Below, piece after piece: positions 34,831 to 47,760 of a stretch of 64,000 nt of DNA. Position 1 is the first letter of the stretch. Each line of letters opens with the position of its first letter. The notes under the pieces were generated by a model. That model saw nothing but the letters and a program-made list of their open reading frames with translations. It was not told where the DNA came from and did no database searches. A program made the translations under genes and the position numbers. The DNA is from Octopus vulgaris (lineage: Eukaryota), in assembly GCA_951406725.2 (NCBI GenBank), contig OX597823.1, positions 1,984,001 through 2,048,000 on the forward strand, given 5' to 3'.

Positions 34831-35049
34831 CTTTCGGCGACCCCTACCTATTGGCTCTTAACTCTTAACATTCTGTGTTCAAATCCCACCGAGGCTAACT
34901 TTGTCTTTGATCCTTCTGGGGTCGTTAATGTAAAAACTAATAAAATTCCGAGGTTGATTGAATCCTTTTGATTATTGGCCGCCGTCTCCGTCAGTGATTA
35001 GCTGAAACTTGTTCTTTATGTATTTTTCTACTGAAGGATGACGACGACT

Positions 35050-36000
35050 TTTGAGTCAGAGAAGTCAGCATTTGCCAAACAAGGGTTTAGTATAGACTTT
35101 GTCCTGTAATATTGAAAAATATTATAACTGGAACGTTTTAGTGGTGACGTGTGTGGGGTGGGAGGAGAGGAACAAGAGCGACAACGATTGCAAGGAGGCA
35201 ATAAGTGTCGATGAAAATCAGCCACCGATTCGAAGAACCTTCTGCACGAGTACAATGGGAAACTTTCAAAAATTCCTGACCGGACAATATTATCAGTAGG
35301 TGTTGCTAGTTCATGGTAAACTCTACAAGCGTGACTATGACCCTGTCAGAAAGATCGATCTTAAATGCACGCGAGATGACAAGACTGTTCTGCACACACT
35401 CATTCAAAATATGAGCATTGTTGACTCATGGAGTCATATCGGCCAAATGTGGAGTCAAGTTGACCAACTATCAGCTGAACCCATTGGGATTATATTCTCT
35501 AAACATCAACGGATGGTGGGGGACGAATCTGGTTTGAGATTAAAATACGTTTTTACAAAGAGCAGACGGGAAATGCTGTTGGAATTCAGACGAGTGTGTC
35601 AACAACTATGATAAGTTTAAGCAATTAAAGAAGAGAAACGAAAGTACATCCTGTTGGCTGCCATAGAAAAAGAATCACAGACACAAATAAAAGAGGTTCG
35701 TTTGCAGTTTCTCGAAAGAGTTTTGGAAATATGATGGCAACAAAGAAACTTCAACCGAACTGTTGGAGGTAATTAATTACATGTGATATGAAATAAGGTG
35801 AAGATGGAATTTGTGGGTCAAAGTCAGAAATCAAAGAGGAATTGTCATTGTTGTTGGAATAAGACAGAGATACAAATAAGAGCACGAAAGTTAGAGAGCG
35901 TCTCGACATTATAGGACTTATATCCTCGAAGAAGATCAGGAACAAGCTGTTTCTCAGTAGCAGAGGTGCTTAGGAGAAACAAAGTAAGTGGGGCCATGAC
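35050..36000 (+). mobile_element. Possible very decayed RLE-type (R4/Dong-like) LINE 3' region
   Basis: Fragments KEEK.KY.LLA and IGLISSKKIRNKLFLS..EVLRR are only weakly similar to RLE C-termini. Confidence 0.3.
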
Positions 36001-37547
36001 CTTAGATGGGTGGGATCAGTTCTGACGAAATAATTTAGATTCTTTTATATTTTCCAAAACTATTTGGTTAAATTGAAAAGCCACAGCTAGGGAATCTAAA
36101 GCCTTCATCAAGAATTGGCAAAATAACATAAATTGTTACTGAAAGTTGTGGCGTTGTGGACGGCTGCCCGAAAAGAATCTCGTAGAAACTGGTTGGCCTG
36201 AAAAAATGGCAAACAAACTTTAACTTGATCCATGCTGACCGGGAGTCGCAAATTCGCCAGAGAGTAGAAAACAAAAGGTGGACGAGAAGCAGAAACTGAA
36301 TTGGGTTGCATCACAAGACTTGTGTGATTCAGGAAGAAAATTATTCAGACCAAACTTTACCATAAAAAAAAAATCAAGTCAGCAATGGGAGTTCCTACGC
36401 TGTCACTGGTCATTGCAGAAACAACAGCCAAGTCTCCCTTAATTCACAACTATCTTAAGAAAAAGAAAAGGACATATTAGATCATTTAGCCCCCAGAATC
36501 CATCAAAGGGTCATATCACCACGGTTGGAATCCGTTTGACTTTACGATTCGAGTTGACTTAGGCTCTAAACAACAACAACAACAACAACAAAGATAGAAT
36601 TTAAAGAAGGACTCTGACGAATGCTTGTTACGTAAGGTTGGACACAATGTCGGTGAAGACGGCCAGAATCGAATCCCGCTTCACGTTAAAGATCTCCCAC
36701 TATAAACAAGTTCAATGCCCAACTCACTCGGCCGATTTCTTTTTTGTTCCATGCTTGGCTTATTTCATCAGCCTCGCCTGTTATTTCTGAACATTTTTAT
36801 TGTCAAGGTTTATTTTTTAAAAGTGAAATGCACCCCCACCCCTACTTCATGTCCTCTGATACACAAAATGGAGTCTGACTGAGCTGATGAGATAACAATC
36901 TCTTCAATCACTTTGGAATAAACGTTGGCGATTCTCTGGGAAAGTAAGAAATGGCAACATGGCTGACAGCTGTTGTGAACAGCTGAGTCTCCCTTGAACG
37001 GTGAACCTTTGATATACATGGACGAGATGACCGCAGCTCGATTTCGGGAAACGCCACTGCTTCGTTGTTCTCCCAAAGCAGCAGGAATGTGACTTTTGAG
37101 TTCTGCTTTGGACCTACATTTCTTGGCACTGATGTAGCAACGATGGACGCTTCTTGCAGTTGGCGTTCAGAGAGCTGACTCCCCATGCTGACACACAATG
37201 CCTTCACCCTATTCACGGTGGGTCTTTTACCATTTTTTCGGTTACGACCAGCCAAACTATACGACACCTAATAAGCGATGCTTGTTTGAAGCTTTTTTTA
37301 AAGTGAGGAGAGGCCTTACACAGGACCAACAAACACTCTAAACGATGAATGCATTTGCCAAAAAGAAGACCTAGTCTACAGTGCTTCTCAGTCGGGGTCC
37401 AAAAGAGTAAATTGAGGATCTACAGTAGTACTTAAAGGGTCCATGAAAAGACATTGCATGAAACATGTATTGCTAAAAAACAAGTCAGTTTCTTTCACGT
37501 TTTACATAATTAAGTCATGTTCTCAGAGAGAGTGAGAGGGAGAGAGA

Positions 37548-37625
<78 letters not shown>

Positions 37626-38059
37626 ATTGCAAACTGACACAAGTGAACGGGTGAAAGACGAAATACAAAATTTGAAAGAAGTTTCGGTAAAATTAACTTT
37701 TAAACCTTGAATGGCCACGAGAGTCCACCAAAATAAAAGAGAAATCAAAGGGATCCACAAGCAAAGAAAAGCTGAGAACTACTGGTCGTCATCACTGGAT
37801 ACAAAGAAAGTCACAGGCGTTACATCAAAGATGTCGTCTCCCCAGGGAGAATGCCTAAACAATGAGCAGGGGTCTCTCGCCCCCAGCTGTTAGATGGTCG
37901 TTGGCTCTACTGAGTTCATACACACATACTCTCTCTCTCCCACATACGGACACATATGTATATGCAAATATATACACACACACATAACTGAGTGAAGAAA
38001 CGAAAGCAAGTGGCATACAACACATTTGACAGGCGTCACATAAATTAGTTTCAAATCTC

Positions 38060-38461
38060 GCCGCCAGGACAGAAATTTCTGAGGAGAGTGTAAACCGATT
38101 ACATCGACCCTCCCCAATGCTTAACTGGTACTTATTTTATCGACCGGGAAAGAGATGACAGGAAAAGTCGACTTTGGCAGAATTTGAACTCAGAACGTAA
38201 AAACGGAACCCGGTGCGTTAACAATTCTTATGTCTTTATTGCCCACAAGGGGCTAAACACAGAGGGGACAAACAAGGACAGACGAACGGATAAAGTCGAT
38301 TACATCGACCACAGTCCGTAACTGTTGCTTAATTAATCGATCACGAAAGGATGAAAGGCAAAGTCGACATCGGCGGAATTTGAACTCAGAACGCAGCGGC
38401 AGACAAAATACCACAAAGCATTTCGCCCGGCGTGCTAACGTTTCTACCAGTTCGTCGCCTT
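38060..38461 (-). mobile_element. SINE family A tandem/dimer
   Basis: Two GAATTTGAACTCAGAACG B-box units separated by a Tx1-like tail. Confidence 0.8.
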
Positions 38462-38527
38462 AGGAATTACATGTATTATTTAACATGGGGCTCAGCCAAA
38501 CTGATATCTATATATACATTTGAAGGT

Positions 38528-38537
38528 ATATATATAT

Positions 38538-38619
<82 letters not shown>

Positions 38620-38716
38620 ATATGTATATGTATGTGTATATATATATATGTATGTGTATATATATATGTATGTGTATATATATATATGTATGTGTATATA
38701 TATATATATGTGTATG

Positions 38717-38747
<31 letters not shown>

Positions 38748-39014
38748 ATATATATGTATGTATATATATATGTATGTATGTATATATGTATGTATGTATA
38801 TATGTATGTATGTATATATATATGTATGTATATATATATGCATGTATATATATATGTATGTATATATATATGTATGTATATATATATATGTATGTATATA
38901 TATATATGTATGTATATATATGTATATGTATATATATATGTATGTATATGTATATATATGTATGTATGTATATATATATATAATCATGTATGTATATGCA
39001 TGTGTGTATGTATG

Positions 39015-39050
<36 letters not shown>

Positions 39051-39655
39051 TGTATGTATGTATGTATGTATGTATGTATGTATGTATATATATGTATGTA
39101 TGTATATATATATGTATGTATGTATATATATGTATATATATGTATGTATATATATGTATGCATATATATATATATATATATATATGTATGCATGTATGTA
39201 TATATATATATGTATGCATGTATGTATATATATGTATGCATGTATGTATATATATATATGTATGCATGTATGTATATATATATATATGTATGTATATATG
39301 TATATATGTATATATGTATGCATGTATGTATATATGTATGCATGTATGTATATATATATATATATGTATGTATATATGTATATATGTATGCATGTATGTA
39401 TATATACATATATATGTATGCATGTATGTATATATACATATATATGTATGCATGTATGTATATATACATATATATGTATGCATGTGTGTATATATACATA
39501 TATATGTATGCATGTGTGTATATATACATATATATGTATGTATATGCATATATATGTACATATATGTATATATATACATATATATATATGTATATATATA
39601 TATATGTGTGTGTTTACATATATGTATGTATTTATATATGTGTGTGTGTGTATAG

Positions 39656-39717
<62 letters not shown>
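38528..39717. repeat. About 1.2-kb (TA)/(TATG) compound microsatellite
   Basis: Read directly from the sequence. Confidence 0.97.
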
Positions 39718-39720
<3 letters not shown>

Positions 39721-39916
39721 TTTTCTTTGTCGTTTTTAAGCTGTGTAAATTAAATCCATTAATATTTGAATATACATTTGTATTTAATATCATCTGAAAT
39801 TCTTCAGTCTTTGCATTCCTCTTGTTCACACACACACACACACACAGACACAGACACAGACACACACACATATACACACACATGCACGCACACAAACACA
39901 GACATACATACATACA

Positions 39917-39972
<56 letters not shown>

Positions 39973-39974
39973 AA

Positions 39975-40375
39975 TCAACCATGGCTTATAATCATTCAAA
40001 AGAAAAGTAAGAAAATGGAGATATAGCATTTAATAAAAACTTATCTGCAAAAATCAGTCTCTTACAGCTGTTTCAATTAAACCTAAATGATTAAAATAGC
40101 AATTATTCAAACCACTATATTAGGCATCTGTTATATTATCATCATTATGTTTCTAAAATACAACACCTAAAGATCTAACGATATATCTTTTTTCTGCCCC
40201 TCTGATGAGATTTTGCTTAATATAATGGCTTTAATAATTGCTATTTTAATCTTTTAGGCTTAATTGAAACAACTGTAAATGACCGACTGATTTTTATAAA
40301 TTTATTAATTTATAAATGTTTATTAAATGTTATATCCCCATCTTTTCTTTTGAATGATTACAAACCATGGTTTAT
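39975..40375. mobile_element. Degenerate Penelope-like inverted repeat with hammerhead-like core
   Basis: About 39975..40126 mirrors about 40214..40375; CTGATGA 40202..40208 and GAAACAACTGTA 40266..40277. Confidence 0.55.
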
Positions 40376-40828
40376 AAATAAATCTATTATTTTATGAATA
40401 TTATTATTATTCACAACAAATATTAAGTATTGAACCAGTAATTCTTTGGATGTTACTATCCCTTAATGAGGCTAATTTAGCCTCTAATTGAATATATATA
40501 TATATATATATATTCTTGTTATTTGTATTTGTAATTGTGTACCATGTTCTCCGTTTTTTGTCTTTGTTGCCGTACACATTCGCTAACTTTCTTACAAAAA
40601 AATCCAATGCTCTTAGCTTAGACTTTTTTTGGGGAAACCATATCGAACAGTCTCAAGTGTGACTGCCTGAAACAATAAGGACTTCTGGTAACTTGACTGA
40701 GGAAAGAAGGCCACGAATGACCCGTCTTTTTTCCCTTTCCTTCAAATTGTTATTACTCCTGTCCACCTTTATATCGTATATCTGTCCGAATGTTTTATTG
40801 TCCTCTATTGCATTTTTGCTCCATTTTT

Positions 40829-40924
<96 letters not shown>

Positions 40925-41817
40925 CACACACACACACACACACACTTTAAAAGCATCGTCGTTCCTGAATTTAAAAGGCTCACTATGAATGTTAATTATG
41001 AACGACAAGGGAAAAGATCGAGGAGAAACGGACGTTTTACAAGAGCTTTTCATAGATGTCTATTAAGACTACATAAAGATGTATTCTAAGAGTACTCTAA
41101 GAGTACACACAGATGTACTCCAGAAGTTTACCAGGATATTTAATAACGAAAAACCGCCTAAGCCAGCATTTTTCGTTTTTTTCTTAGAAAATTAAAACAA
41201 GCAATATTTACTCGCCGTTTGTTTGGCAGTCCGAAATACTTACTATTGTCCGGTGGTGTGTTGAAGGGGGAAGTGGTGTATAAATGCCTTTCCCTCCCCA
41301 CTCACTCATCTCCAACTTTATCCCGACCCCAGGTGTTCAGAAAGATGTTTGCACCAAGCAAACATCGACCCTTGGGTAGTCTTCGTTCGTCATTCAGGTG
41401 TCCATCTCATACACTTCTAACCCGTTCGACTCACCTTGTCTGGCCAACAACCCCTTCCTCCCAGCCTCATCAGGATTTCAATGCAGAGGCCCCGGGGTGG
41501 TGGGGTCGCGTTAGTTTACATTCTGATAGAGCACACACACTGTGTAAGCAGAACATCCACTAAATCCTTCCCTTCCTCCCTCGCCCACCCCTTCTTTCAA
41601 CATTTCTCCCTCCACCCCCTAAACAAACACGTTGGGAATGCTGGGGAGAAGCGGTGAGGTGGAAAGGGGTTGGTTATAGGGGACACTAATCTCCCTTCCA
41701 CTGCCTCCTCACTCTCCTTCATCTGACAAATGAAGCCAGAGTTCTAAGTTCGTCCCCAGGCGGAGAAGCCGAGCAGAACTGGCGCTTCACAAACAATATT
41801 TGCCTTCCGGAAATCAC

Positions 41818-41864
<47 letters not shown>

Positions 41865-43286
41865 TGTTATATATATTTATATGTATATATGTATGCATGG
41901 TGTATGTGTCTATATATTTAAAATTATATACATGCTTGTGTAAATACGAGTATTCCTTTTTCTGCTCCCCCCCGCTCCCCCCGCGCGCCCACGCAGCTGT
42001 ACGTTGGACCGGCAGCCGTACTACAGAGGATGCTTCGTTCTTCTGAACAAACTGGATTCTTTACAAGACAAGACGACATCGCAGACATAATTCCTGAATG
42101 CAACCAACAGGAAGAGACTCGCACTCACCGACAACGGCCACCCACCCGCCCACCCCCATCCCCAACCCCCCAACCCTCCCCCCTCTCTCCCCCCTCTCTC
42201 TCTTGTCTATTTACTTTAAAGCATACGCGCGCGCGCGCACAGTTACATACATAAACAGAGACACAAGAGGCTGGACAGGTAAACTGGAAAAGATGATAGT
42301 AGTAGTAATAATGGTGGCGGTGGTGTTGTTGTTGTTGGTGGCGGTAGTGGTGGTGGCGGCAGCGGCGGCGGCGGTGGTGGTGGTGGCGGTGGTGGTTCCT
42401 AGACCAAGTCATCGTTGATCGATTAAGAACTTTAATCAAAGACGTTCCAGTCGTGACCATCCACCTTTTATTGAAGATATCCTGTATATGTTTCCTATTG
42501 TTTGTTCAGTTTTCAAGACAACAGAGGATGTGACTGCTATTCCTAGCATGTGACGAGACCGCAAAACGCCCATCACTTATTGTGACCAGATCTACGATTT
42601 GAATGCGTTCCAGTCGTGACCAACGCATTTATTGTAAATATTCCATGTCTGAGACTACATTGTCAAACGTCATTACATCTTTTTAAAAGATAGTATGTTG
42701 TGATCATGAGAGACTTAGCTGCTATTTCTAGCTGGATGATTGACCTTATAGCGGTCGCCTCTGTTGTGTGTTGTGGCGTGGAGGTAACGGATGAATCCCC
42801 TCTTGATTGGTGGGGGTCACAGAAAGGAAATTACGATTAGACTCTTTAAGGAATGGGTTCTTCTGCTCGGCGAAAGCTGGTTTCTCTCTTTTGGGGTTGA
42901 TGCTTTGCCTCCCAGAGTGTCTGTGACTCACTTCAGTGATTATATGGAGGGAGGGGAGGATATATTAAGGGGGTGGGTGAGGAGAAGAGAGTTTAAGAGA
43001 AAGAAAAGAAGGGAAGGGAAAAGATAATGACAAGGGCGTGGGGTGGGGAAGAGAGAGAGAGAGAGACAGAGGAAGAGAAATTAGAGAGAAAAAGAGTAAA
43101 AGGGGAGGGAGAGGTGCAGGAGGAGACGCGATAAAATGAGAGGGTGAGGAGAGAGTGGAAGGGGAGGAGGGCGAGACTTAAGAAATGAGAAACTGACCCT
43201 TTCACGGAAAATGCTTTATTTGCAAGACATTATGTAAGGCGAAGAAACGGGACGGACACGGACACACACGCATGCTGTGATGGACG

Positions 43287-43307
43287 TATATATATATATA
43301 TATACAC

Positions 43308-43358
<51 letters not shown>

Positions 43359-43457
43359 TATAGATATAGGCACATGCATGCGTTGCTATATATCTGCATT
43401 ACACATACACGCGCACACATATACATACATACATACATACATACATACATGCATACA

Positions 43458-43521
<64 letters not shown>

Positions 43522-44553
43522 ACGTGCACACATACACGCATATATAGACACGTATACACACACGTATATAGACATATACACAAGTACATTTATGGCTACG
43601 TCCATCACAACATTATACGAAGTTTCCTTAATTTTAGTGTCCCTTTTAAACACACTTACGTACATGCATTCATTCATACATACATACATACATACACACA
43701 TACACACATACATACATACATACATACATACATACATACATACATACATACATACATACATACATACATACATACATACATAAATGCATACATACATACA
43801 TACATACATACACATGAATACATACATACATACATACATACACGCATGCATACACACATACATACACACATACACACATACATACATACACACACACACA
43901 TACATACATACGTACATACATACATACATGCATACATACATACATACACACATGCATACATACATACATACACATGAATACATACATACATACATACATA
44001 CACACATACACACATACACACATACATACATACATACACACATACACATATACATACATACACACACACACACATACATACATACACACATACATACACA
44101 CATACATAATACATACATACATACACATATATACACATACACACATACATACATACACATATACACACATACACACATACATACATACATACATACATAC
44201 ATACATACATACATACACACATACATACACACATACATACACACATACATACACACATACATACACACATACACACATACATACATACATACATACATAC
44301 ACACATACACACATACATACACACATACATACACACATACACACATACATACACACATACATACACACATACATACACACATACACACATACATACACAC
44401 ATACATACACACATACACACATACATACACACATACATACACACATACAAACATACATACACATACATACATACATACATACATACATACATACATACAC
44501 ACATACATACACACATACACACATACATACACATATACACACACACACACACA
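43287..44553. repeat. (CATA)/(CA)/(TA) compound microsatellite
   Basis: Read directly from the sequence. Confidence 0.95.
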
Positions 44554-44994
44554 CGCATGCATCTCTCCCCCTCTCTCTGTAGCTACATATTATATAAGAC
44601 CCCAGTCTGTGCGTCCCATTCATGCAGTCAGATGTGCGTAGAGTAATGCGTCTGCAGAGACACACAGACTCGCGCATGCGTACACGCATACAGCCATACA
44701 CGCAGATCGTCTCTGTACTCGTAGCCCCCGAACCCTCCCTTTCCAGTGGAGTATTCTTTTATCAGTTTTACACCTGCACAAATAACACAACTCATGACCA
44801 ATCTCTCTCTCCCTCCCTCCTCGCTTCCCACCATGACTACCATCACTAAAGCCACCCACCCCCCTCGTCTACCTGTCGTCCGTCTGGAGGTATTTCATTA
44901 ATGTCGGTCCCACACCTTTGATGCAAACAAACAAACAAATAAACAAATAGTGACAATGCTCATCAGCATCACCATTAACGTCGTCATCAACGAG

Positions 44995-45400
44995 GTGGTA
45001 GGAGGAGGAGGAAAAGAAGAAGAAGAGGAGAAAGAGAAAGAAGGAGGAGGAGGAGAAAAAGAAGAAGAAGAAGGAAGAGGGGGTGGGGTGATGATGATGA
45101 TGATGATGAGGAGGAGGAAACGAAGAAGAAGAGAAAGAGAAAGAAGGAGAAGAAGAAGAAGAAGAAGAAGAAGGAAGAGGGGGTGGGGTGATGATGATGA
45201 TGATGAGGAAGAGGAGGAGGAGGAAACGCAGAAGAAGAGAAAGAGAAAGAAGGAGAAGAAGAAGAAGGAAGAGGGGGCGGGGTGATGATGATGATGATGA
45301 GGAGGAGGAGGAGGGGGAGGAAACGAAGAAGAAGAGAAAGAAAAAGAAAGAAAAGAAGAAGAAGAAGAAGAACAAGAACAACAACAGCGACGACGTCGAA
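44995..45400. repeat. Purine-rich minisatellite, about 3 units of about 100 bp
   Basis: GGAAGAGGGGG(T/C)GGGGTGATGATG recurs at about 45072, 45172 and 45267. Confidence 0.85.
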
Positions 45401-45495
45401 GACGACTTCAACGAAATCAGCAGAATTGATGGCATTTAGCTTTAATCTCAGAGAAACGTGGTTCTGACCTTTACAAGAAATACAATTGCGAAATG

Positions 45496-45532
<37 letters not shown>

Positions 45533-45746
45533 AGGAGAAACTGGTCACCTGTTGAGGTTTTACTGGGACAAGACGCCCCCCCTGCCTCCCACCCTTTTGG
45601 GGTTTATTAATTAAGAACGAAGATATCCGCCAGAGATTTGGTTTATCCTTTGATGTTAGATCGGAACTTAAACAAGATCAACTGTACACACACACACACA
45701 CACATACAGACACATGTATAGACACACACACACACATACACACACA

Positions 45747-45785
<39 letters not shown>

Positions 45786-45894
45786 GCATACAGACACATG
45801 TATAGACACACATGCATGCAAACGTACATATATGCACACACACAAACATACACCCCTGTATGTGTGTGTGTGTGTGTGTATGTATGTGCGTATG

Positions 45895-45932
<38 letters not shown>

Positions 45933-46235
45933 TGTATGTATATATATGTACATATACATGTGTATATACATTACACACATATAGGTGCAAATATATATGT
46001 GTATATATGAATGAAAGAGAATAACACCTGACTATGTAAGTTAAAAATGTGACAATATTAGAATAAGAGGGTGGACGGGTGGACGGGTGGGTGGTGTTGG
46101 TCCCAGGGGGGGATCTGTATGAGTAAGATAAATACTTTTGATTTGAATGGCGATTTTAAAAGGACAGCGCTTAATGAAGAAACTCCTAGAACACAACAAC
46201 AACAACAGCAACACATCAGTATCCTTGTGTGTGTG

Positions 46236-46266
<31 letters not shown>

Positions 46267-46447
46267 GCGGTAGCTTGGACAAAAGTTCTGACGTCACAAG
46301 GGGGTGTAAGGCTATGTGGACAACATGGTGTGACATCAGACAAGGTGACACCATAATGACTGACTATAATTTGGGAACAGTGGTTCCGCAGCAACTTATC
46401 TCTCTCTCTCTCTCTATCTATATAGACAGACAGACAGACAGACAGAC

Positions 46448-46514
<67 letters not shown>

Positions 46515-46829
46515 CAGATAAGAGAAGCCCCCATTTCATCTCCGCATCTTGTTTCATCGACCAGAAAGATGCCAGATTAATTTTTGTGTTAAGAGAAAAC
46601 GTAGCTGTTCGACTGTTCCCCAAAGAATTTGTGAAAGAGAGAGATTCTGTGAGAAGAATGGTTGGGAATGAATGAAACAACTCCAAGAACAAAAGTTGGG
46701 CGAGGTCTGGGTGTCTTTGGTGGTCAGAGTAATCCTGGGTCTGTGAAGTTCCTTGGCTGGCCCCAGATGGAGATTCTCTGGAATCAGGAGGACTGCATCA
46801 TCTGTGAGTAAATCCCATTAAAACGACCT

Positions 46830-47760
46830 CCATTGTCAATTCGCTGTTTTCAATCTTTCAATTTAGTTTGTCTTCCATATGACCTGACATTTCATGAATT
46901 CTCCTACGGATAGAAACATTATTCAACGGTAGAGCTTTAATCTTTTCTACTCTAGGAACAACGCCCGAAATTTTGGGGGGAGGGGGCCAGTCGATTAGAT
47001 CGACTCCTGTATGCAACCCTGAAAGGATGAAAGGCAAGGTCGACCTCGGCGGAATTTGAACTCAGAACATAAAGACAGACGAAATACCTATTTCTTTATT
47101 ACCCACAAGGGGCTAAACACAGAGAGGACAAACAAGGACAAACAAACGGATTAAGTCGATTATATTGACCCCAGTGCGTAACTGGTGCTTTCGACCCCGA
47201 AAGGATGAATGGCAAAGTCGACCTCGGCGGAATTTGAACTCAGAACGTAGCGGCAGACGAAATACTGCTAAGCATTTCGCCCGGCGTGCTAACGATTCTG
47301 CCAGCTCGCCGCCTTAAAGGTAAAGATTTAATGATAGATGAAGGATCTTGACTTATAACTTTTGATATTATTGCTTCTGCTGCAGACACAATAATCTTTT
47401 CAGCTACCGTGTGTGCACTCCCTGTTTTCGCAGTAATTTCTGCAATTTTGTAGGAAGCAATCAGTCCACCGTCATTAATTTTTGTCGGTTTCTTAAATAA
47501 TGATTTAACAGAATTCCGATTTTCAAAATCAGTTTTCAATCCCACAAAATATTTGATAGGCTTACCGATATTTTTCGGGGTACTTTCTTCTCATGTGGTC
47601 AGAGAATCGAGAGGGCTTCATGGCTTCATTGGACGAAGATTGATGACACATGATACAAAAGGGGGCTGCTTTGGCTCTGTAGAGTTCTTGATAAAACCAT
47701 ATTGTAATTACTCGTCGATATACTGTCGACACTTGTTTTTCGCCGAGCTTGCCATAAAAA
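46830..47760 (-). mobile_element. hAT (Charlie/Buster, ZBED5-like) transposase remnant interrupted by a SINE dimer
   Basis: PFCIMCHQSSSNEAMKPSRFSDH, LIASYKIAE...HTVAEKII and IIKSLPL; resumes after the SINE as LNNVSIRRRIHEMSGHMEDKL. Confidence 0.85.
46942..47315 (-). mobile_element. Dimeric SINE family A, full head
   Basis: Head AAGGCGGCGAGCTGGCAGAATCGTTAGC; TSD-like AACGGTAGAGCTTTAAT (46925..46941) / AAAGGTAAAGATTTAAT (47316..47332). Confidence 0.85.

Noticed and set aside
41960-42400. GC-rich patch with a minus-strand GTGAGT donor as an exon of another gene
   Set aside because: No acceptor, credible frame or homology.
44869-45467. Acidic/basic low-complexity ORFs
   Set aside because: Produced by triplet repeats in all frames.
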